In this document: positions 42,638 to 56,720 of the stretch, one piece after another
Layout of the letters: each line of letters opens with the position of its first letter
How positions within the stretch are numbered: the first letter of the stretch is position 1
NCBI GenBank assembly: GCA_965285935.1
Contig: OZ260662.1
Span: 18,724,001 to 18,788,000, forward strand
DNA length: 64,000 nucleotides
From: Ophelia neglecta
Taxonomy: Eukaryota
Direction of reading: 5' to 3'
The notes under the pieces: model-generated
Database searches by the model: none
The model's input: only the letters and a program-made list of their open reading frames with translations
Told to the model about the DNA's origin: nothing
Translations under genes and position numbers: made by a program

Positions 42638-43260
42638 AAGCTAGCCTAAGCAAGTTAGCCTTGAGCTGCTTTTTGAACAAAGTCACAGACTCAGAAGATC
42701 TTACATGAGCCGTTATGTACTTCCAAAATCTGGGACCGTATTAGTTAAATGATTGATCACCAGCTCCAGACAGTCTTGTTTTCGGCACAACAACTTGTGT
42801 CATTGACTTGGTTTGCAGAACACTCATCAGCTCGGGGAAGTAGACAGGTATCGCCATTCATTCTTGCACATCATCAAGGAAAGCTTGAGATTAATTCGAT
42901 GACATCACACAGGGCAGTAGTCAATGCGATATGTCACAAGCGCATGTACCGATATCTTCGTTGTATCAATTGGCAGACGACTCATGAGCTGCAGTTGTCA
43001 ATGATTGGCCAAACATGACTATCCAACTCTCAACAAGCTTGCTCTCAATCGCAGCCATCGTCCCAGCGACGCAATTATCAGTGTAAAATTGGATTAAGTT
43101 GTCCTGTCATCCAGTTCTTTAAGGATCAAAACCTTGTCATCAACCATCGACTAGTACGCTGTATTAATATATTAATAAAGAAAATAGTGCCTTGCAGATA
43201 TTTCGCAAAACAGTGAATTATGGATTCCTTGTGTATACGCTTTAACTGCCCCGCTCAATT
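42638..43260 (-). mobile_element. Decayed L2 LINE, RT core remnant to ORF2 C-terminus
   Basis: Minus strand gives IHCFAKYLQ (degenerate HCYADDTQ), KNWMT, TKISVHALVTYRIDYC and VVPKTRLSGAGDQSFN*YGPRFWK...SSESVTLFKKQLKANLLRLA, the characteristic L2 ending. Confidence 0.85.
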
Positions 43261-44949
43261 GGTCTGTTGTCTTGGGAACATGGAAATTGGATAACCAATT
43301 CCCGGAGCTTATAATTCTTCATGGATCCAACAAGGGCATGTACTGTTTGTTTAATGTTTACCTTTTTTTGGCTGTTGGCTCCATTATTGGGTCAACTAAA
43401 ACTACGCAACCGACGTGGCATACTTTGCAGTTATTATATTATTAACTCTTATTTGTTGAGTTAAAAATACTGGGTGGAATCGAAATGTACCTACCCATAT
43501 ACTTGGTTTAAGTATTGTAAAGTTTCTTGTACTCTTTCCATATCAGTGTCTTGTGTGTCATCCAGCAGGATCTCATTTTGTACTTTAATAACGTCCCAAA
43601 TAAACGTTCCCACGAATATGGTATATGATCAGGTCAGCACAAATTACGAAAGTATGCTTGTTTAATTTCCGCTGTCAAGCTAAATGCTCCATATGTTTAG
43701 ATGCCAAATTAGGGGAGTATTATTTATCAACAACTACGTTTCATCTGCCATGTATCGGCGGACGGGTTCTTACTGTAGCTTTTCTTTTCAACTTTTCTTT
43801 GTCTATTCAACTTACACATATTAATGCACAAGAAAAAAGAGCATAGTGCTTCTTATGATTATTCTGCGGATTTAGTCAGCGGGTTACGAGACCCCTAGTT
43901 TAAAGGTTATACTATAGCGCATCCATAGATCCATACTCTAGTCAGCGTGAATAGAGATCAGAAGGAGTCCTCGCCCTTGCTCCCTTGTGATCAAAGAAAC
44001 ACAGAGGACACAACAGGGGTGCTCTTTACATAAATTGAGGCACAAGGATAGTTGGTCTGGCCATTTCATTTGCGTCTAGACGGAACTATGATTGACTAAA
44101 GTTGTAAATAGGTCATGGTCGGAGTTTAGTTTTCTCCACTATTCCTCGACTAACGCAAACGTGTTGTTTGAGCTTATAATGTTATTTGCCTCCGTTATTC
44201 AGATCACGTGGGATCAAATGCCAGTGCCCCTTTACTTACAGTCGCTCTTCCTTCCTTCCTTCGGTTTCCCATGCTTAAGAGACACCTAGAACCTAACATA
44301 CCGAACGTGACGCGGGGAGTAGAAGCCCGAAATTCTGTGATTAGCGAGAGCCAGTGATCAATCTTGCTGGTCATATTATGGGGTTAAACTAGTGCAGTAA
44401 TTTGAATACATTTGGTAAGGATTTATTCTACGCCCATTGTCACACTTAACTAGTTGCATCCTGGATATCGGTTGCAGTGCTAAGTATCTAATATCGAGGT
44501 AATACCTATTCTATGCATAGAATTGTTGCTATCCGTAGAAAAAAGAGTGAATATCCTGCAGACAAAGGCAAACCATTAATCTAGAATATTGCATTTATAT
44601 ACTGCTTTAATTGTAGCTTAGGGCTCCTTATAAATCCCCCTAATAGGCAATTCAACTCCTTTGGTCACTGATTTGTATATATTCACTTTATATGATGAAG
44701 GTAGTGCCTCAAATCGAGCGTAGCAATTTCTGGCAATTTATATTCGGAGCTGTGATAAGCAAAATGCTACTGCGAAATCTTCTTGTGACGTTATAGCCGC
44801 TGTACATTTCCGATGAGAGGAATTTTGACAGCTAGCACAGGTATACGGCCCAGTTTGATTACTTCCAATTCTTCAAATTCTATTTACACGCATGTTATGG
44901 TTCGCGGTTGCCGAGCTGCACTGGATATGAAAATGATTTTTACTAGCTT

Positions 44950-45270
44950 GCTGAAGGGTGAGATGATGCAGCTTGCCAGACAATTGTTTAGATATATAGA
45001 TGATTCATATCCGTTTAATAACAAATACATCAGAAAATAATATTGTTACAGATATAGTGAAATAGGGGCAGCATTAAGAACTAAAATATACCACTCACAG
45101 ACCCAATGCTTGTTCCTGTTTGAATATTTTTTCTTCAAAAACAAACTGATGTTTTAAGTTCACGTCGTTATGACAAAAAAGATGACTTAGTTTTTCCATA
45201 GTTCACTGCCCATTCCTTGATAGCATTATTCCCGAGCGCATTGGGTGTATACTTCCATACTTGTGGACTT
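44950..45270 (+). mobile_element. Decayed Penelope-like element reverse transcriptase fragment
   Basis: LARQLFRYIDD..P.NN, later YDKKDD..FSIVHCPFLDSIIP...GVY, matching the PLE-type FRYIDD / LYDKRDDFNFPIVNFPFLSSNIP pattern. Confidence 0.8.
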
Positions 45271-48200
45271 TGTTCAATTCCAGGATAAATATTCTACAAA
45301 TTTGAAAAAACATAACACTCGCCTTTATGATTAGTGGAATCCGACAAAGGATTTTATTAGCCTCAAAATAAGATCGATGACTCTTCTTTAGACTTCTCTC
45401 TTGTAGGTTCCAATTGCCATTATGTTAATACCTGCGCAGTAAGAATAGATTAAGAATAGAGTGATATATTCCGCTCACCTAGAGGTGGGGCCAAGTGCAG
45501 CCGCTTCATACTGATAATAATATAGTTGTTGCAATGCAAATGTTTATTCACAGTAAAATCGTGACTGGTTCACTTTACATAGTACTATCAAGGAGATTTT
45601 GGCTATTTAATCAGTGGCGGACGTGACTCAGGAATTCTTCCTCTTATCCAAAATATAGCTACACTGGACTTGGATTCCCTAACTCTTAAATCAACGCCAG
45701 GCCGAGACGACGATTCTGGAGCCTCAAGGAACCAGAATCGTCAGCAACAATGGTCCCCTTGCTGACGACTGATTGCTTTGTGCCATTCAGAAATACCAAT
45801 GACCTCGCCTTCATAAAGTTTCTGCACCTCCGCGTTTAATCAGCACCACTTTACAATATGGAAGGTCAAGAGCTTTGTTGTCAAACTCGGGTAATCCATG
45901 TACTCAATCCCGTCCTGGGATATTAATACTACGGCTAATCGTTACTCGGTATCGTCCTACGATTATTTTTTATTTATCTTTTTGTTTGGTTTTCCTTTTG
46001 GGAATAAGCGATTTACGTACATGCAGATCATGGACGGGGCCACGTTACTCGAATGATAATAGACCAAATTAGCCACGGGCCCACGTAATATGGTGCTTGC
46101 GCCAATATGTCGTTCACTCCTAATAAATACTCTTGACTATATTGATATCAAATAAACAACTGACAATTATATAATAAAGAACTGCAACAACAGATATTGA
46201 AAATACCACGCAAGGCAATATTAATAAAATGCCTAGATGGTCGCTTTCTCGGCTCTGCCATAATATGACGCTAACAGGGTTAACATTTAATTTGATTCCA
46301 ATTACTGTTCATACAGGGCATAACATGCATATATCCGAACAAACAAATTGAGCACTTTTCAGCAAACCGCCTAGCCTTTGGCTTTAACCCGCCAAAAAAC
46401 ATCTCCTACCCAGTATGATAATGAGTAATTCCTTTTTTTATTGAAGATATAACATGCACTGCTAGAAAAATGTTAACCATCCACTAGTAAAAAGTAAGAG
46501 AGAACTAAAGGTGAAGATAGTCCTCCTTTTTTATATAGTAGTCTTCTTTATTTTTTCTCTATTGCTATTGTTGGTCTAAACCTTTTTTTAAATTTTTGGG
46601 TGACACGCTTTTCGTTTTACCTTCTTGTTAAAATATGGTTTGGGAATTTAATTCATGTATTTAGCATGATTCATTTGAGCCAATCCCTCCAGTTGAAAGA
46701 TCAAAAATGTCCGGATGAATTAATCCACATATCTTTCTTTCATTTATTTGCATGTGTTATGCATTTAGAAATTATTCAGCTGTTTTGTCATATGCCACAC
46801 CCAGTAACCATGACTGTCAACACTGATGAACGTGAATGCGTCGAGCTCATAACTGTCATCAGAACTAATTATTTTCAGACTATTTCTCCTTCAGGAGATA
46901 GCTGTGAGCGTTGTTACAAAATCCTATTTCCTGGCACAAACTGTGTTTTTATTTTTCAAACATGTAGCCTCATGTTCCACGATTTGTTTATTAATCGCTG
47001 CTTCAGGCATTATTTCTCTCTCTTAGTTAATTAATTCTCAGACTAACACCGGACGACCCTCGTATTCATACCACCCAGGCCTATTTAGGTAATAGAACCT
47101 CAACGTATTGGGACTAATTATGTAAAGCAATGTATATGATACAAGCTTAACATCGCTACGCAGCCAATTCTATATTATTTTAGGCACCAGCTTACAAACT
47201 CCAAGAAATCGCTTATATCCCGCTATTATACTACGTGTTATGTTATAATGTTAAATCTAATTGTAATTTGGGTATTTCTTTTCAAAACATGAACATTCTG
47301 TGAAATTCCAAGTTATATTTCCCCTTTATGTCATATTCTACATGCATCAAACATTACCCTGATTGTAAAATATAAATTGAATTTGCTACCGCTAGCCAGG
47401 GCGGCCAGATGTAAACAGCTTCGGCCAAATCATGCGCTTTCATGAGTTGTTTTCAATTCTAAACTAATCAATAGGCAACGAAGTTTCCGTATCAATGTTG
47501 AAATGATACTCCCGGTTATGAAATTCCAGTCACCTATATAAATATATAAAGCAAATACCAATTCACCACAAGGCCATGCTAACTCTCCACCTTCTGTGAA
47601 ATGCCCTTTTATACCATATAATTTTAGAAACAAGGAAGTGCATGGACATATTTTGATATTCGATGAATGTCTTTACAGTCATATTGAATAACAATAAAAG
47701 TAGAATAATAAAAGCTGTTTCACTTTATCTAGTGAGTGTTGTTTCGATAAAGACAATGATTGGGATTCTTATTATACACCATTGTCCACCTCACTAGGCA
47801 ACATCTGTACCCAGACTTAAACAGTTTCGATAGTAATGAATATGAAGTGACAATGTTGTATCATAATATATGACTTTTGCAAGACCTTAAAGGATCGTGT
47901 AAGGGTCAGCCGTTTGATTGCTAGTAATTATCATTATTAATTAGTAATTATCGCGTATGTCACCATGTATGTCACCATCAACATTTAGTCCTCGACTCAA
48001 CACCTTCATTGTCTTTTACGGCGAGATCAACATTCATAACCATTGTTTCAGTATTAGCTAATTGATATATTTCGAGTTATAGATTAGCTAATTAGAAATG
48101 GTAACCTTTGGTTTTTCTATGCACATATCGCAACTTGTCATCCTTAATTTAAAACTGGCATGAACAGTTAATATAAATTGCTATGATGAATCGGGCATCA

Positions 48201-49394
48201 CCACCTATAGTTGATACATGTTCTTTCAACTATGTCTCGGCCCAGCTACGAAAGTATATATAAATGAATATGAACCGTCATTCACAGGAACCAGGCAGAT
48301 GAATTAAACTCGATTCTGCTGATATGAGAAGTACGAGAACCGGGTTACTGTTTTCCTGCAACTCTTCTGGGCTGCTTGATGAATAACAATGACTCATCGA
48401 GCTAAGTCGACGCTTATATCAAGTTATTAATGGCGGTACGAGCCCTGGTTTCCGGTATATAATGCACGCCGATGGTAATTTTCAAACGGCGGCCGTTATT
48501 TCTGATAAATATGGTAATACGTCAGCGGAGGCTTGTGTTTAAGTTGCTTAGCTGGATTCTTATAGTAGTGAATGGATGCATGTTAGTGTTAAAACAGATA
48601 TGCCTGCTAGCAAGAAATTATCGTGGCTTTTATCAAGGTTTTGGCCTCTAATAAAAATTTGAAATTAAGTTCGAAAACTAGTTAATAAATCCAACGCAGC
48701 CGATTATGTAGGCATTTATCAAGATCGAATGCCTGAAGAAAAAAAATCGAAACAATGCACATACTGTATTTTTAATCAAAATTTGCATTTCAGTAACATC
48801 AAATCACTCGTAGGGCGTTGGGTTTCTTATAACGCCAGTGCCAATGTATTCGTACTTATAACAGCCCTCCTCCATTCAGTCACTCCTTTTGATACGAAAC
48901 TGCCAGCTCAGGGTGAAATTATATCAATGTAAAGTGATCCTTGGTTGAAACAGCTATGTCACCTTGGCGCCCTCGTGAAAAGAGAAATACCTCGGTGTGG
49001 GCAGTATGACTGACTTCAAAGTCTTGTACACATTGCTTCATTATAAACACGTATTGTTTTCATTCGGTCAGACTGGCCACGTTTTGCTAGGGTTTTCTCT
49101 ACTGCACGCATATCATTGATACCGTGTTAACAATAATTAATGAGTTTTGTTCGTATGAGATTTGCCTGTCCCGCTGTTCTGCTAATATTCATGAATTAAA
49201 GCGACATGGTAACTCTTGGAGATAAAAGTTGTGCTTTCGAATGCTCATAATGTCTAGTAGATAATAATAATAATGTGTGCATTAAGAGATATTTAAACAC
49301 TCCGGTGTATAACATCATTTGGTTCCCCGGATGTTCAGGACCACCGAACTCAAAACCCAAATATACCAGGCGACCGGCGTATGTAATAAACTAG

Positions 49395-49488
49395 GATTCC
49401 AATTATACTAGAATTTCTAGACCCGATTCCAAATGTACTACATTTTCTAGACATCATGACTTAAACTACTAGGGTTTCTTGACCTCCC
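49395..49488. repeat. Degenerate ~30-bp minisatellite, about 3 units
   Basis: gattccaattatactagaatttctagaccc / gattccaaatgtactacattttctagacat / ..acttaaactactagggtttcttgacct. Confidence 0.7.
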
Positions 49489-52400
49489 GGGTTTGTGTAA
49501 GTCAATATAGTCCGGGGGACTTTGCACTCAGGGGATCCAAAATACTATAGGTGGAAAATCTGGCGGGTTTGTTTTTTCCTGTTGATGATATTTGTTATTA
49601 TCTGCAGATAACTATGTTATTGCTTGCTGATAATAGCAACTGACTTTTCACTTCTTGTATTATCGTTCATTATATTTATATATCTTAGCATTAGTATAAA
49701 ATACACCTTTGCCTTAAAGCGTCAATTAATCTTTTATTACTGTCTGGCCAAAGAACCGACCAGTACGATTTAACAAAACAATGAAATAATAGTAACCGAA
49801 TTCCTACTTGTCCAAGTGAGGTCTGCTAGAAAGTGGTCCTTTCTAGTTTTCGCCTTTATGGGAAAAGAAATGTTTCGATTTTCCATTCGTAAGCTTCTCA
49901 TGCTTGAAAGCTATATTTAGGTTCTCCAACATTTGAGTGGGGTGCATAAGACCCTGTGGTAGGCTTTCTTCCTGTCCACATAGACAACTTATTAGGTCAT
50001 TTGCAGCAGGCAGATGTACATACCTAAACGTCTGCCTTGCCGATTTCAGCAATGTACGCACATTATAAAAAGGGGTTGGGTTGGTGGAGGGGGAGGGGGC
50101 AAATTTATTGGCCCCAAGTGTGTAAAGAAAAGTCAAGCAAGTGCACTGTTTTATTACATTTATATTCTGATTGCCTCTCCACTGGGATCGTTCTGGGGGA
50201 TGCAGTTCCCGCCATGCCCAGGGAATGTACCCGTCTTGGCCTAGCTATTCTATTTCGTTTAACCAATAAGTCAGCCCACACAGAATTCTCATGGTAGAAA
50301 GGGAACGGCTTAAAACAGCATCGTCGGAAGTATTGACATAACCTGCAGCCGTTTAAGTATTCTGGTTCCGTCCTTGATTGCAGTCATCTTCTCATGATGT
50401 ATTGTGGCAGCTTCTTTGGAACTAATTATCCAAGCCATTATGTCCGGCACTGCAAACCATGTACAGCTGTGGGTGGACCCAGGCAATTGTAAATTTCTTC
50501 TCCCATAACAGTATAAAATTATACAATAAAGAGTGTGGGTATACTCCTGAAATGTCAGGTAAACAGCTTTAACTTTCAACGAGAACAATTCTCGCTGTAG
50601 CTTGTATAGGGTTGATTATACTGTATATCCTAAACAGAGCTGCTTTTATCCATGTAAACATGTACTACGGAAGATATAAATCAAATTGAGTGGTGTATCT
50701 TTCTTTCTACTTCCTGACGCGTGTCATTAGTTCGTCGTCAGGCATCCATCCGACTACTCGGGTCACCACCTGGGCTGATGGAATGCTACCGGGCTGGACT
50801 AAAGTTACTCTTTCAGCCGAAACCCACGCAGCCTATTAAAATGTCTCCGCGATATAAATACGTAAACAAAGTCCGCCTGTTTACGAACTGTTATGGTGTT
50901 GTTGTCTCATTACCTGCGTATTTGGCTTAGTTTTATCAGAGCAAGCGTCCAAACTTTCTCTCCCTTTCTTTTGAGCTGGCAGAGAGAAACGCCCAGCGGA
51001 GAGCTACTATGGATGGTAGAGAAAACGGGCGGGTCGCAGACTACGGTCTAGCCATGTTTTCCTGCAAATTGTTCCCATATGGCAATTTAAACTAGACAAT
51101 CATCTCACATTCATCATATACATAATGGTACTTTATTCCATTGTAATAGGAAAGAAATTCATATCATTCATTCAATCATTTTATTTGGCATAATACGTGG
51201 TACATATAACAGATGATTTTGTAAAAAAAGATTACATTGCCAAGGACGCCAGAGGTAGCTGATGAACCTGTTGATTCTGGACGCCCTGAAGTGCATGTTA
51301 CAGAATTATTACGCAGGCAAGAAATATCGAGAAAAAAACACAAAAAACAACAACAATAAACACACGATTCACTGTGCACATAAACAGCAAAAATGTACAT
51401 GATTCCAGTATCCAGTATTGTTTATAAACAATATAACTATTCGAAGGAAAACAATTGATCATTGATTACAAACATATTTTATTTCTTAATTTACTTTGGG
51501 ATAGCCTGAACATGTTAATGATAAGGGCGCAATTTTGCTTCTTTGATAGAAAACCATCTCTGTTTACTACGGCCTAAACCATGGTAGCTTACAGAAAAAG
51601 TGTTATAATTAAAGGTTACCACACATCTTATAGTTCAAATCTTCATCTTAAGCGAAATATTTCACAGTAGAGAGTTTGCATATGCAATGGCTAAATAAAA
51701 CGAACGATCTATTAGCTTCATGCATTTAACTAAATAGTGGCGGCGAACAAATAACTGGGGGGAATTTGTTATACCAAACATTTTACCAGTATCAACGTGG
51801 ATGTATAAGCATCTTCAGGTCATGGGTCCATATAAGATACCACATATTTTGCCCAGTCGTACGAGTTTGGTGGTATTTACACCGCATACCTGCATGAATT
51901 GGATGTTTAAGCATATTCAAGTCTCTCTCAATAACATACACACATGTATCTTCTAAGGAGTGTGTTTGCATGTCTTTTCTCATATTAAACTTCGGGCTAC
52001 GGCATAATAAGAAGGAGCTGGCTATTCGATTATCGATGTGCACATACATCAGCCAAGGATTAGTCAGAGCGAGTGCGCACGTCGCCGTCTGAAGCAAATC
52101 ATTGCGGAGCAAGTGATTAGTACAAAGGAACGCTTAGCCTAGAAAATGGTAATTAGGGATCGAATAGGAGAAATGTGGAGCAGGGGAAGGGGAGGGGTTG
52201 GGTTACCCACATTCATCTTGTAAAACTATTTGTCAAGTACAATGTAAGTTTATTGCGCCTATAAGCCAAATGCAGAGACCAACCCCCCCCCCCCCTCCCC
52301 TCTACGTTCGATTGATCTCTTCTCCCGAAATACAACTGTGCAGACCGCTATTTCAATACCAACAATCGAAGCCTGCTAACATTTATGGTTTTAATGATTA

Positions 52401-55400
52401 CTCAAACAAACTATTTAATGGATGGCATCAGACCCTTTTATGCATTACCTATTTAGACCTAAGAAATATGTACTTAATGTAAATTCCAATTTGCCTACGC
52501 ATGCTTATCGGAGGTCCACACTCGCCACCTATTTTCTATGAATAGGCACGAGCTAAAAGCCGAGGACTGCTTAGCAAGTGTTGACCAGAATGTAACAAAC
52601 ATGCAAAGACATATAACAGGTGATTCATGGCGCCTCGGGCCTTGTAACACATATGAACTTCAATGGTCAATCGTTATTTATTGAATTAGGCACTTTGTCC
52701 GTTAAATGTGCACGTGTTTCCTAATGATCTACCTTTTATTCGTATCCTCTCCCATATGGTTTCATATGGTTCCTAAGCGTACCATTTTGTTCCTTCGTAA
52801 GTACACCTTCATATGATAATCATTCGTACTGTACACGATGCCCCCTTTTTGAAGCATTTTGATGTATTTTTATTAAGAACATTTCATATCAAAGAGAATA
52901 TTAAAAGTATAAATTTTTGTTAAATGTTGTTTAAAGTTAGGGCACTCGGGATCGATGTTTGTTTATCACCAGTTAACGGTGAACTCATACTAATTTATAA
53001 TATTTTATCGCCGAATATGTATTGTCTACTCTCAAATTTTTTATTTGTTCATTTACGCTGGTTACACATTTTCGTACTATTGTACATGTTCATTGTCTGC
53101 CAGGTACCCGCTGTCATATGCTTCATATTTTGATTGTCGGCCGCATACGTTATCTCGTGTGGTCATATATGTCGGTAATTTAATGCCATAAAGCAATGAT
53201 GTATCTTCCGTGACGAATCGCAACTGCTTCGTAGGAAAACAATCGACCATTTACATTAAATACACGATGAGACTCCTGCTGCCTTCCCTGCTGACTAACG
53301 ATTGTTTTCCCCATCATACGTTGTTGACGTCTTCCAAACCTCGTTAGGATCATGTCGGTGCGTAGGCGATCTCGGTTCAAGACCTAAATCTCCAGTTGCT
53401 TTATTGCATCCCTTTTTCATGCCTAGCTAGTTGCCGCCTGTATATTATCCGTCAGTGATTAAAGCCTAAGCCCCTTGGCTACCGCCCCTAGGCCAATAAG
53501 CATTCAGGTTTTCTCTTATGTAGCAGTGCTGATGCAAGTGCGCTCTGTCTACAAGCCAACAGCAATTGACTAGTAAGCGCCTGCCAAAATTGAGCCCGTA
53601 ATTTCAATGATGCTTGAAAAATACTGGGATGAAAAATATATACGCGAACGGCCTTGCCATGTCATGCCTTCAATGACAGTTTGAAGTCAACATCAATTTA
53701 TTCTACACACACCCTAAGCATGGGTATCAAACACGACAGATTGCCCTCCAAAATAATTTCATCGTACAATTCATGTTAATTAATCACATGACAACATTTA
53801 CATGTGTACATTCAAGCGGTTATTTAGTTTATAATTTTTCCAGTGGTAAATCTTGTATTTAAACTATACTTACAGACAGACGTGGTAATTTCAATTGCAA
53901 GGAGCTTATTATATAATTCTTAACTAATGTTTGGTGCTAAAACTGGCTAGTGTTGTAATATTCAAACATACTATTTTATAAACATACTTCAACTCCGTTG
54001 CGTGACTGCACAAAATTATTAACACGTACCATGATAAGGCTCAGTCATAAGTCATGTCATGTCTCCAGTGAACATTAATGTTCTATTGGGGTCTGTCGGG
54101 GCAAAGAGAGGGGGTTATAGTTTAGGTTGGGGGCTTACTGGAAAAATCGTGTTTCAAAGACTTCTAGCAAAAGTCACTATCTTTGAGCCCAGTCCGGATA
54201 TAGAGGTCTAAAATATCACATGCTTGAATAAAAGCCGTATCTTAAACGCGTAGCGAATACATTTAGACTAGGTGACAAATAACGATGGCTCCAAATAAAC
54301 GACTGAGTAGTAGTTGCAACAGATCAAAGAGAGTCCTATATTAAAGTAATACATATGAGTGTTTTGATTGGCTCCTTGTAATGAAATTCGCTGCTGCGGT
54401 GACCTCGCGCTACTTCCGGAGAAAACATGAAAACTAAAAGAATACACCTATCCTTATAGACGCTCGACACGCCTGAATCCCAGTGTACGTCAGAATCACA
54501 GCCCTCAATACCGGTAACCTATTGAACACGTATTAGGTAAAAATAAATACATGTTACTACTTCGCACCTTTAAATCATAAGGGACTTGATGGAAACATCA
54601 TATTAGACTTTGAATTTGCTCTCGCTCTAGGATGATACGTAATAATATTCTGTAACTAAGTGGCGCCTAATGATTATTATTGACTATTGCCTCCTGCTTT
54701 TGTTTCGTTCTATGTGATATAATGTCAACGATATGTAAAGTTTTCATTCAGACTTGATTATGTAAAATACGAGGTAAAGTCAAACCTGACTTAATTCGGC
54801 TCAACTGAGGCTACTACTTGATTGGATGAATGCCAGGTTCAGGTAGCTAATAACACGCTAATTACACGCTAATGGATGTTGTAATCACCACCAGTAAATT
54901 TAACCCAAGTGTGTCGTCATGGTAAATGCATTATTCATCTGAATTTATTGCTGGTTCGGAAAAGCTTAGTGCAAAACACTACCACATTGACTTTCTTCTT
55001 TTATCAACGTAAACTCACTTTGCCATAAAACAATATTACCCCCCTGATACGAATAAAAAACACCCAATATCCGATTTAAAACCGTCCTCAATATATAGTT
55101 AACACAAAACATCTAACTCTATCATTGTCATTGGCATTACAAAACCAGACCTTTTTCAATGTATGACACTCCTTCTTTCACAACTAATGTATATTGCATT
55201 AACTAAAAAACTGACAATATTCAATGATTGCACCATGTTATATTCGTCAACAGGATTATTTCTTACTTTGCACTAGAATGAAAAACCTTCTGCAAAACAG
55301 GTCAAATTAAGTATAATCGTGGGGAAGCAGGTGCGCTGATCAATTTGAAAACTTGCCTGGCTTCTGTTTTCCGGGATTTAAAGCAATTTCCTCCTCCAGT

Positions 55401-56669
55401 GCTGGCAATATCCGAATGGCTTCTGCCGTTCAATGTTTTTGGCAACTCCTAATGAAAATATATGCATTAAGGGTTACTATGTTCAATGTTACCGACGTTT
55501 ACTGATTACACCACACCACACATGTATGTGCATTGCCATGTATGTCTAGAGTCAATAATGGACCAATAGGTGTCTTGGGCTTTTGTTTGTTTTCGTGTGA
55601 CTAAATGTACGAAGGAAAAACTTCATTTTTATTTAATACAAAGGTTTGTGCAGAGACAGTGACAAACACCTGAGCGTTATCTGTAAAATTTCAAAGACAA
55701 ATGAAATTAATCTGTCCCTCATGCATTAAAAGTGAGGGCTTATTTATTATCAATATCGCGTTCGAGTCTCTGAAAATATCATGATGATATATCAGGACAC
55801 ATTTTGTTTGCATATAAATTTGTCCTTAAACTCTGCTTGAACAAAACATGCGTCTCGATCGAAAATAGTTTTCCCTCGCGTACCAGTTAATGCACTTTAT
55901 TCCATTTCTAAGGCTTCTTTGCTCCACCCTATTCAAAAACAATTAATGGGGAATGATGTGGGTTTTCGTAGGATCTAGCAATTCAGCTTCATCAGGTTTA
56001 AATATGAACTTTAAGTCGACAAAAAAAAGAAGAAAAAACGCTGCATGTTTGTCAGAAACGCTAGTATGAATAATTACGATTTGACCAGACAATAAAATAA
56101 TTAACAAAACATAGATTTTATTGATGCAAATATCAATTAAGATTTTTCCGCGGTTGAGCTGAGCCATGCCTCCATAGATCTGTGTTTATATTGCCATCGT
56201 TTCCAAATACTTGCTCTTGTGATTAGATTTTCTAAGCTAATATGATCCATGTCAAACCTTCTTTGTCTGCTTGTTGACATTATAATACTCCATTCGTCCC
56301 CGGCGGAAAGAACTTACCTTTTAAATTCGCCCTCGCTTTACTATACAATGTAGTCAGGTCTGCGAAATCACAGACAAGTGCCATCATGTGTTGCCATGTT
56401 AGTTGCAGGCAACTCGCACGTGCTTGTTTTAATATAGTTTAGTATGTTTGACGTGTTGACGTACAAGACATCCATAACTAATATTATGATTTGTAAATAT
56501 AAAAGAAATAAATAGAAACCATTGCTCGCTCCTAAACGTAGTCGGCCCGTTTACCGACGAAGCCCTATGGTGATTAGCGAACTCGCCTTCGAGTGCCATA
56601 CGTAGTCGCCCTACATATTTTATTTCTATTATCTGAGTTTAGAAAGCACTGTGACATGGGAATGAGCTG

Positions 56670-56671
<2 letters not shown>

Positions 56672-56713
<42 letters not shown>

Positions 56714-56720
56714 ATAATAA
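56672..56720. repeat. (AT)n microsatellite followed by short (ATA)n
   Basis: Direct inspection. Confidence 0.95.
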
